Assembly: GCA_963666835.2 (NCBI GenBank)
Contig: CAXXGO010000001.1
Location: forward strand, 32,001 to 96,000
Length of the DNA: 64,000 nt
Origin: Phycisphaerae bacterium
Lineage (GTDB): Bacteria; Planctomycetota; Phycisphaerae; UBA1845
Reading direction: 5' to 3'
The notes beneath the pieces were generated by a model. It made no database searches. It was given only the letters and a program-made list of their open reading frames with translations, and was not told where the DNA came from. Below, piece by piece: positions 30,395 through 38,161 of this stretch. The translations under genes and the position numbers were made by a program. Every line of letters starts with the position of its first letter. Position 1 is the first letter of the stretch.

Positions 30395-31096
30395 ATGACG
30401 TGGGGAATCGTCCGGCGTACGGCGGTCAAAGCACTGGCTCTTACTGTCGGAGTAGTGTCACTAAGCTGCGAACGGTCCGCCCCGCCGGACGGATCGGTCA
30501 GAAGCGAACTCACTCGCGGAGCGACCGACCCTTCTGATACTCCGCTTTCACCAATCGATACCGTTCGCCGGATCCGGGAGCACCGCGCGGCCGGACGGTT
30601 TGCCGCGCTTCAAGAGCACCTTCTTCCCGACCAGAGGGCTTACGTGGTCGAGCTGGTTCAGTCGATGGATCGGCTGATATGGGCCAACGGGGTGCTGCAG
30701 GCCGCGGTGACCGACCGTTTCGGCCCGGCGACCGCGCGGGTGTTCGATCGTTCGGCCGCGGCCGATGCGATCGGCGTGCTGTCGCAGGATGTCGAGCTGT
30801 TTGGCGAACGCATTGATGGGGACTCGGCTGTAGTGTCGTTTCAGGTGGCCGGGCGCCTGCCGCTGGAGGAGGTGACGTTGGTGCGTCGTAACGGGCGTTG
30901 GCTGATGAGTACGGACGCACCCGTTGCGGGAGTGGCCGGGGTTCTCCGCGAGCTGGCCGACGTTTTGACCGCCTCTGCGCGCCTGATGGATGACCCGGCC
31001 GTATCCGCCGTCGATCTGCAACGCGAACTGGCGTTGCGCGAAGCTTCCATCGGGCGGAAACTCAAGGCCCTGACCGCTGCCGATACGACACCCTGA
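30395..31096 (+). CDS. Hypothetical lipoprotein, last gene of the secretion operon
   Basis: Lipobox VSLS-C; IDGDSAVV...LVRRNGRWL resembles NTF2-like folds; GAGAGG RBS. Confidence 0.65.
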   Translation: MTWGIVRRTAVKALALTVGVVSLSCERSAPPDGSVRSELTRGATDPSDTPLSPIDTVRRIREHRAAGRFAALQEHLLPDQRAYVVELVQSMDRLIWANGVLQAAVTDRFGPATARVFDRSAAADAIGVLSQDVELFGERIDGDSAVVSFQVAGRLPLEEVTLVRRNGRWLMSTDAPVAGVAGVLRELADVLTASARLMDDPAVSAVDLQRELALREASIGRKLKALTAADTTP

Positions 31097-31263
31097 CCGT
31101 ATCGCAGGGCACTGTAGACGTACGAGACCGGCCGTGGTTCTTGCGTAGGGCACGGTCGAGGCACGAGACCTGCCGTGAGGGTTTGTTGCTCCACGATTCG
31201 TACGAATTCCACAGTCCTTAGTTGGGTACCGAACTACGCCGAAGATAGTGACATATGTCCACC

Positions 31264-31472
31264 GCGACCGTGTGGCGATCACCGGGGGCTTTGCCCCCAG
31301 ACCCCCAAGGTTTGTCGCTTGGGAGCCAGAACAGGCCAGGGAGAGCGAGAGCCCGCCGTGCATGCAGACTCCCGCGCCTGTCCCGGCACTGGTACGAGCG
31401 CTCGGGGTGCTCCTCAGCAGAGCCCTGTCCTCTCGACCAGCACACACAAGTCTGACGTGCTGTGCCATCGAG
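31264..31472 (-). ncRNA. Putative structured RNA in the 3' non-coding end of the element
   Basis: At least five helices whose non-Watson-Crick pairs are mostly G-U on the minus strand (A-C mismatches on plus). Confidence 0.6.
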
Positions 31473-32246
31473 TCAAGCATGCTGGCCCTCCAACTCATGA
31501 TCGATCTCCAGGTACTCCTGAACCAGGAAGATGCTGCAACCTAAAGCATGGGCTGTCTCCTTTGCCGTCAGCCCCTGAAGATGGCAGTGGCGGACGCGAT
31601 CGTACTGGCCCAGGTAACGATCCACAGCCTCAAGGCTGTGGTACGTTTCCCGAGCCACTTCGTTAGCCGCTTTGCCTTCTGCGTAATGTTTGAAACAGAT
31701 GATCCGTTTGTGCGTAAGCCCTGTGCCGACATCGTGGACAGTAGCGCGACGTGGGACGATCTGACCGGTCTCGCGTTCGTACGCCGCCAACAATCGCGAG
31801 ACGTCCGACGCATTGACTGCTAACAACTCCGAGAGATCAGAGTTGGACAGAACGCCCCCTTGTTCGTACGCCTGTCGGCATAACCTCAAGCTCTTTTGTA
31901 AGAGCAACTCTCCACGTCCCTTCTTCTGCAAACGCATCTCGATATCCTCGAAGGTACTCACGTCCAAGACCACCGGAAGCAGATCGGTATCCTCAATCCG
32001 TCGACGCTGACTCGGGGGATCTGCGCTGCTGATCGCCATCCAGAGTATCTGACCATGTTGGATATGCTCCTTCGGGAGAACGTGGGCACCGATGACCTCA
32101 AGGATCATCTCTGCGCACAGGTTGCGAATCCGTGGGCCGCCTATGCGTGGAAACTCCGTTTCGATGCGGTGAGCCAACACGTTTCTCAGCGTTTTCGCCT
32201 GCAGGGGACTGTATCTTCTGCTGTTGGTGTCTCGCGGCTTACCCAT
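31473..32246 (-). CDS. DUF1670-family protein (element ORF2)
   Basis: LRLCRQAYEQGGVLSNSDLSELL, PRRATVHDVGTGLTHKRII, HSLEAVDRY and C-terminal HTH; ATG 32246 overlaps the ORF1 stop (ATGGGTAA). Confidence 0.82.
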   Translation of the reverse strand: MGKPRDTNSRRYSPLQAKTLRNVLAHRIETEFPRIGGPRIRNLCAEMILEVIGAHVLPKEHIQHGQILWMAISSADPPSQRRRIEDTDLLPVVLDVSTFEDIEMRLQKKGRGELLLQKSLRLCRQAYEQGGVLSNSDLSELLAVNASDVSRLLAAYERETGQIVPRRATVHDVGTGLTHKRIICFKHYAEGKAANEVARETYHSLEAVDRYLGQYDRVRHCHLQGLTAKETAHALGCSIFLVQEYLEIDHELEGQHA

Positions 32247-33090
32247 CGGATCTTCCCTCTTCACCGAGCTCCTTTTTCCCCCCGCCACAACAACCCAGGC
32301 GCATCAGTTCTTCCAGGTGATAGCCCATGTTCTTGTCGACCGCGCATTCGTCGAGGAGATCAAGGTACTGTTGTACCAACCGCTTGCCTCTCCGCAGAAG
32401 GAAGGCGATTTGCCCGACCTGCATACCTTTCTTTGCCAACTGCGCACAACGGGTGAATGTCGAGACGTAGTTCGCTACAGCCGCCGGTGAATGGCGAAGC
32501 ATGGTGCAGATCTGTGAGGTCGTCTTTCCCTCCAGAGCCAAACGCACGATTTGGCTGCGATGAGTCAACACGGGACCAAGATCGTGTACGATTCCTCGCA
32601 GAGGAATAAGCACCCCGGGATACGCACTCCGGAGAGCGTTCAAATCGCGCGTAATGGTTCGTGGCGTAACAAAGAACATCCGGTAGGCCAGATCTTCGCG
32701 CGTGAGCAGCCCACCTTGACTCAGGGCTTCTTGGCAAAGCGGTGGGATGCGGGCTTGTCGAAAGCCGACCGGCCCCTCCTCCTCCAGAAGTCGATCATCC
32801 TCTGCACCTCGGTGGATTGTCAGGCACACGTTCTGCTTCTGGCATTCGCAGACGGGTTTCCCGGCAGGCTCGTCGGCGTCGACGACGACCAAGCCAATCT
32901 TGCCAGGTGGGGCCTTGCCGGCGTGTTCATCGAGGTACGGGAAGTAAACTTCCTTGACCACATCGAGAACCGCCTCGGCCTCGAATGGCGAACAATGGAG
33001 TCCGTGCTTGATTTCGTGCAAAAACTTGGCATCCAGTGTCTTCGAGTCAAGACGCTCAAGCCTCTCCTTCTTCTTGTTCCGCAGCCCCAT
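32239..33090 (-). CDS. DUF1670-family protein (element ORF1)
   Basis: RIPPLCQEALSQGGLLTREDLA, PRTITRD, PLRGIVHDLGPVLTHRSQI, HSPAAVANY; GGAGG RBS before ATG 33090. Confidence 0.82.
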   Translation of the reverse strand: MGLRNKKKERLERLDSKTLDAKFLHEIKHGLHCSPFEAEAVLDVVKEVYFPYLDEHAGKAPPGKIGLVVVDADEPAGKPVCECQKQNVCLTIHRGAEDDRLLEEEGPVGFRQARIPPLCQEALSQGGLLTREDLAYRMFFVTPRTITRDLNALRSAYPGVLIPLRGIVHDLGPVLTHRSQIVRLALEGKTTSQICTMLRHSPAAVANYVSTFTRCAQLAKKGMQVGQIAFLLRRGKRLVQQYLDLLDECAVDKNMGYHLEELMRLGCCGGGKKELGEEGRSDG

Positions 33091-33157
33091 GCGTAGTCCT
33101 CCCAAGTCCCGAAGTCCGTTACCAAGGTACCCGGGTGGACATATGTCAGGAAGGTAG

Positions 33158-33399
33158 GCATTGCGCCTTGCAGCCCAGGGTTGCCGCGCAGCGGCTACCC
33201 TGGGGTCACGGTTACATCAAAGATGGACCCCAACGGGGTCCCGCCGTTGTTCAACCCGCTTCGGGGTTGGTGTTGGAGAGGATCGGTGCCCCAGGGTGGC
33301 ACTTCGCGGCTGCGCCGCTTCGTTTACCCTGGGCTTTGCTGTTAAACGCCTTCGGCGTACGTCCGATCTCGTAGGGCATGGTCGAGGCACGAGACCTGC
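33158..33399. repeat. Long palindromic repeat unit (right part of the interrupted host repeat) ending in a 29-bp REP
   Basis: CCCAGGGT..ACCCTGGG hairpins and ACGCCTTCGGCGT; closely similar inverted copy at ~43296-43540 and partial copies at ~42310-42345 and ~49265-49340. Confidence 0.85.
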
Positions 33400-33736
33400 C
33401 GCGACGGAGCTTGCCGATGCACCACGGGCCAACAAGTTGGCCCATGCCACCCGCGTGGCATGCAGAGTCGGGTGGCATGGGCGAGCATAGCCGACTCGCG
33501 AGGTACGCAGCCGCCGCTGCACGGATCCCGCGTTAACGATGTGGGCATTTGCAGCTTGCCCGTGAAGAGAAGGACAACGCTGCGGCACTCGACGACGGCA
33601 CCGGCGAGCATCAGCGACCGGCTGCAGTCAGTGCGGCGAGCGTGAGCGACCCGCCTTTGCCCGATAAGCGGCGATCCTCTGATGCGTGATGCCCGCTCCC
33701 TGACGGTCGCGGTACTGACGCGCGTTCCTGCCGGGT

Positions 33737-33763
33737 GCCATGGTCCACGCTTGCGTGGCCATG
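33737..33763. repeat. 27-bp palindromic repeat GCCATGGTCCACGCTTGCGTGGCCATG
   Basis: Further copies at 40459-40485, 41962-41988 and 49479-49505. Confidence 0.8.
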
Positions 33764-33782
33764 CCTGGGTTGGAACGTGAAC

Positions 33783-34899
33783 CTACTTATGCCGCGCGGC
33801 CGCCCGGCGGCGGAGTTCGGCGTCGATGAACGCCTGAATCTCCCCGTCGAGCACGCCTTCCGTGTTCGACGTCGTCTCGTTGGTGCGCGAGTCCTTCACC
33901 CTCTGCTCGGGGTACAGGAAGTAACTGCGAATCGCGTTACCCCAGCCGATTTGCCCTTTCTCGCTATAGATCTTCGCCAGCTCGGAGTCGCGCTTGGCCT
34001 GCTCCATCTGATAGATCCGCGAGGCCAGCATCTTCCGAGCGGTTGCCCGGTTTTTGTGCTGCGAACGTTCGCTCTGGCATTGCGCCACCAGCCCGCTTTC
34101 GAGGTGAGTGAGGCGCACGGCCGACGAGGTCTTGTTGACGTGCTGTCCGCCCTTACCGCTGGCTCGATAGGTGTCTTCGCGCACGTCCTGGTCCCAGTCG
34201 ATCTCGATGGCAATCTCGTCGAACTCCGGTTGCACGTCTACCGAGGCAAAGCTCGTCTCGCGCTTGCCCTGAGCGCTGAACGGCGAGATGCGGACCAGAC
34301 GATGGACCCCCGTTTCGCACGAGAGGTACCCGTAGGCGTACATCCCCTTGACCAGCAGGCTGCACGATTGGATCCCGGCCTCCTCACCGTAACGCATGGA
34401 CAGTTCTTCGACCGCATACTTGTTCTGCTCGAAGTAACGCAGGTATAAGCGCAGTAGCATCTCGGCCCAGTCGCAGGCGTCCGCCCCGCCGGTCCCCGCC
34501 TGGATGTTGAAATAGCAGTTGCAGTGGTCGTTCTGCCCCGACAGCAGGGTCAGCATCTCCACCCGGTCGACCTGCCGGGCCAAAGCGTCGAGCCCTTCGC
34601 TCAGTTCATTCCGCACGTCCGAGTCATCACCCTCGGCCAGCAGCTCCAGCATCGCCTCCAGCTCTTCCGCCTGGCTCAGCAGCTCGCGCACCGGGTCCAC
34701 AACCGCCTTGAGCGCTTTGAGTTTCTGCACGGTTTCCTGGGCGTTCTCGGGATTGTCCCACAGATCGGGGGCGGCCATCTCGCGCTCGACTACGGCGAGA
34801 GCCTCGGTTTTGGCGGGCAGGTCAAAGAGAGTCCCGGATGGCGATGATCCGGGCCGAGAGGTCGTGCAACGTACCGGTAGGGTCCTCGTAGTGCGTCAT
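33783..34899 (-). CDS. prfB: Peptide chain release factor 2, with programmed +1 frameshift
   Basis: GGQHVNKTSSAVR, SPF and GVHRLVRISPF motifs; upstream short ORF from ATG 34899 ends at CTT TGA C (34821-34827) and continues in the +1 frame. Confidence 0.97.
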
Positions 34900-34937
34900 G
34901 CTGTGCTGCGTTCCTGGGTAACGCCGCCCGCCGTTAC

Positions 34938-36419
34938 CTACGGCGCGATGCGGGTTACTGCTTCTATGATAACATCTTCCATGGGCAACGATAGCTCATC
35001 GCTCGGGGCGAACGGGTTCTCCTCCGTCTCCACGGCCGCGATTACGTCGAGAACCTCCGTTCCGTCGACCACCCGGCCGAACACGGTGAATATCTCCACA
35101 CTGGAGAAGTCGTTCTCGTCTTTCATGTTGACGAAGAACTGGGTCGCTCCGGAATCCGCGTCGCTTCCGCTGAGAGCCAGGGACACGTCGTACAATGCCA
35201 TACTCGTCTGCCCCTCAGCCGCCTCCGACGTCACCGCGTCCCGCGTGGCCTCCTTAAGTTCCAGTTCGCCGTCGATCCGCTCGATGCCGCCGCCCTGGAT
35301 CACAAACGGATCACATTCACCCGTATCCTCGTTCTCCGCGCACGCGACCCGGTGGATAAGGGTGTTCTCGTAGAAACCGGAGTCGGCATAGTAGAGGAAG
35401 TTCGCCGTGTGCAGCGGGGCGGCTTCGCGGTCCAACTCCACCGTGAACGACCCGAGGCTTGTGGTTACTGATACGCGCGGGAACTCTTCGACCACCGAGA
35501 CAATCTCGGCCTCGCGCGTGACGGTTATCGACCCGCCGTCGTCCGTGGGGATGGTCGCCGTCAACTGCACCGTTACAGTCTCGTCGGCGGTCGTGGTTAA
35601 AAGCGGCTCCTCCGCGGTTTCGTCGTCAAAGGAGGCGGTTCCGCTGGTAACCTCCCAGAGGAAAGTCAGTCCCTCAGTCGGCGTCTCGATGGTTACGAAC
35701 ATTTCGACCGGCTCGCCGGCCACCGCCAGCTCGGGAACGTCGATACTAACGGCCGAGAGCACCTCAACCGCCGTCTGCGTGGTTGCGCTGACCTCATTGT
35801 CGTCCCTGGCGGTGACGCTGAACGTGTAGACGCCCTCCGCCGGGAACGGGCCGGCCGTGAGCGTCGCGGTCGTTTCCCCTTCGAGCGCAACCTCCTCGTC
35901 GTCCTCGGCTTGCACCCACGCGAACTCAATCGGCTCGGTGCCGCCGTCGGTTGTGGCCGTGAACGTCGCGGACATGCCCTCAAACAGCTCGCCCGTGTCC
36001 ACTGCGGCCTCGATGGTCATGGTGGGTTGCACCTCTACCACAACGAAGGCGGTCTCGGTGAACCCGTCCGAATCCGTAACCAGCACGCGGAAGACGTATC
36101 GCCCGGTCTCTTCTATCGCGTCAATGGTCAACGTGGCCGCGGTCAACTCGACCTCGCTCAGGTCCAGCTCCGCCGGCCCGTCGTTCTGCTCCCAACGGTA
36201 AGCGTAGGGCGGGGTGCCGTCGGCAGCGGTGGCCGTGAGCGTGAAGGCCGAATCCGGGGCGATGGTCGGCGTGTCGGTCTCGGCGGCTACGGTCAGATCA
36301 CTCGGCTCCTGCGGACCGAGCACTACGGTTCCGTTTTCTACCGGAACGCACGATGTGATCGCGACCAAGACAAGGAAACCCGCCGTGCGGAATACTCGGT
36401 TGATCCCGTTTGATAGCAT
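34938..36419 (-). CDS. Cyclophilin-type peptidyl-prolyl isomerase lipoprotein with N-terminal PKD/Ig-like domains
   Basis: Lipobox ITS-C; DGTPPYAYRWEQ and GGTEPIEFAWVQ Ig repeats; TSLGSFTVELD..APLHTANF, HRV..FVIQGGG, TQFFVN, TVFGRVVDG. Confidence 0.88.
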   Translation of the reverse strand: MLSNGINRVFRTAGFLVLVAITSCVPVENGTVVLGPQEPSDLTVAAETDTPTIAPDSAFTLTATAADGTPPYAYRWEQNDGPAELDLSEVELTAATLTIDAIEETGRYVFRVLVTDSDGFTETAFVVVEVQPTMTIEAAVDTGELFEGMSATFTATTDGGTEPIEFAWVQAEDDEEVALEGETTATLTAGPFPAEGVYTFSVTARDDNEVSATTQTAVEVLSAVSIDVPELAVAGEPVEMFVTIETPTEGLTFLWEVTSGTASFDDETAEEPLLTTTADETVTVQLTATIPTDDGGSITVTREAEIVSVVEEFPRVSVTTSLGSFTVELDREAAPLHTANFLYYADSGFYENTLIHRVACAENEDTGECDPFVIQGGGIERIDGELELKEATRDAVTSEAAEGQTSMALYDVSLALSGSDADSGATQFFVNMKDENDFSSVEIFTVFGRVVDGTEVLDVIAAVETEENPFAPSDELSLPMEDVIIEAVTRIAP

Positions 36420-36832
36420 GCTGAACCTCGTTCCCAGTACTGATAAGGTCGAAGAACCGCCCGTTGGCCGCTGGTGGCCGGGGCGCGGCCAGTGTCGCGG
36501 GGCGCAGCTTCTTCCGCAATACACTCTCCTATTATCGGGATTGAAGGCGTCTCGACCGCAGTTCTGTGATCGGCGATGGATACGCCTGGGGCCGGCAAGC
36601 CAAGTAGGTCGGGCTCCGCCCAATGGTACTGACCTTTGTCAGGACGCCATGCGGGCAACCGTCCCGAAGGGACTGTGGGCAAGTAGCCACGGGTGGAGCG
36701 CCTCGTTGTTCTACACATCTTTGCTGGGCGAGCGAAGCGTATCCGTCCGACTCCGCGGTGGCCCAATCCCCAGCCTGAAAGGCCGCAAGGCGCGGCTTCC
36801 TTTTCAGCGAAAGGCGTCAAGCCGGCTCGGTA

Positions 36833-37135
36833 TTCAGGCTGAAAGCCTACAAGACAATAGCCGGGGGCAAGGCCGCGCAGCGGCCGCCGCCCCCGGGTGG
36901 GGGCAACAATCCCAAGCACCCTGAAAGGGTGCAAGAGACGGCGTCGATAAACCCTGTGTCCGTTTCGGCTGCCCGGCTTCTTTGAGAGTGCGTCAAAAGT
37001 CAATGGCGAAGCACATTTGCCGGGGCTGTTTGACCCGTGCAGGGTCAGGCAGGTTGTGGGGACCGGGTCCGGGGGCGGCGTCCGCTGCGCGGACTTGCCC
37101 CCGGCTACTTCATCTGAGCCCTTCGGGCTGAAGGA
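36833..37135. repeat. Palindromic repeat cluster (CAGGCTGAAA...CCGGGGGCAAGGCCGCG..GCGGCCGCCGCCCCCG)
   Basis: Two related arms in opposite orientation (~36833-36935, ~37020-37135); related inverted copy at ~50175-50240. Confidence 0.65.
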
Positions 37136-37321
37136 CGCAGCGCCGTTGGCGTATTCGGGCGGGACGCAGTCCGCACATCAGAGAGAACTCTCTCGTCTCG
37201 TTTGCCAAGGTTAGTACCATTGGGCAAGCCCAACCTACTCAGAATGGACCCCGAACAGCAGGCTCTTTACGACCTGCTCCCTTAATTGGGTGTCCCAATG
37301 TTGAAGTCACGCCTGTCGCAC

Positions 37322-37756
37322 TCAGGCCGCGTTAGTTCGTTCCAGCGCCGCAATCCGCACGAAGTCGGATACACCTTTGAACCCCAGACGTCGCGCGGCC
37401 TCCTGCAACAGGAATTTCTCGTGCGCAGTCAATCTGATGTTGACCTGGACGTTTCTTCTCTCGGATGACGCCGGCGCGGGGGGGGTGAGTCCGTTCTCGA
37501 ACATGGTGGCGATGGCGAAGGAAAGCGCCTGCCGCGTCGCCTCGACGCACGAATCCGGAGTGAGTCCGTCGGCGAAGACGGTGGGCATTTCCACGGCACT
37601 TCCCACGTAGCCGGCTTGCTCATCCTTCTCCAGAATAAGCCGATAAGCGGAAGCTATCTTCGCAGCCTTCCTGAGGACTGCGCGGTCAAAAGGTCGGTCA
37701 AGGCTCTTTTTCGTCTTCGTCTTCCGCTCGGAGGATTCTCTCGATCTTGTTGACAT
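37322..37756 (-). CDS. HicB-like antitoxin with C-terminal ribbon-helix-helix domain
   Basis: YRLILEKDE..GYVG..VEMP.VFADG.T....EA HicB fold, PPAP linker, VNIRLT..EK..L.EAA....VSDFVR RHH. Confidence 0.85.
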   Translation of the reverse strand: MSTRSRESSERKTKTKKSLDRPFDRAVLRKAAKIASAYRLILEKDEQAGYVGSAVEMPTVFADGLTPDSCVEATRQALSFAIATMFENGLTPPAPASSERRNVQVNIRLTAHEKFLLQEAARRLGFKGVSDFVRIAALERTNAA

Positions 37757-37812
37757 GGATTGTACTCACCATCTTATTCTGAACCGGGATCAGAAGGTGT
37801 CACTCTATAATA

Positions 37813-37841
37813 AGTATAGCACGGGCTATACCCAAAGTCAA
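37813..37841 (-). promoter_or_regulatory. sigma70 promoter of hicB overlapped by a palindromic operator
   Basis: Minus strand TTGACT-17 nt-TATACT with TGn extension; perfect inverted repeat GTATAGC-ACGG-GCTATAC at 37814-37831. Confidence 0.7.
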
Positions 37842-38161
37842 AACGCGAAAGCGGGAATCGTTGGGCCGTCCGAAGACCATCAGGGCGCATATTGGAATAG
37901 CGTCTCTCGGCCGCCTTCACGTTATTGTGTGGTTCCCCGGTGCGACAGGCCTGCCGAAGCGTAGCCGTGGATCGGCGGATTGGTAGAATATAGGACTGGC
38001 GTTGCGTCCAGGGTTGCACGGGCAAACTTGTTTGCCCGTGCTGAGTGATTCCGCAGGCTTCCAGGAGCTTGCGTGCGCCCGGCAGTCGTTCCTGCCGCCC
38101 CGCGCGGAGGGATGGCGTCCGGGGTGGCGCCGTTGCCGGGTTCGCGCGATTGAAGGGTCTT

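Larger units (their letters stand above)
31245..33157 (-). mobile_element. 1,913-bp IS-like element with sub-terminal inverted repeats, encoding two DUF1670-like proteins
   Basis: Perfect 15-bp IR TGACATATGTCCACC (31249-31263) / GGTGGACATATGTCA (33134-33148); the flanks rejoin into a repeat whose empty copy lies at ~43296-43570 (opposite strand); AG/CT dinucleotide at both junctions. Confidence 0.88.

Noticed and set aside
33105..33133. CTTCGG in the element's short 5' end matching the target core
   Set aside because: A 6-nt match is expected by chance and is not evidence of a guide
33134..33157. Junction promoter formed on circularisation, as in IS1111
   Set aside because: No -35/-10 pair with proper spacing found by eye across the predicted junction
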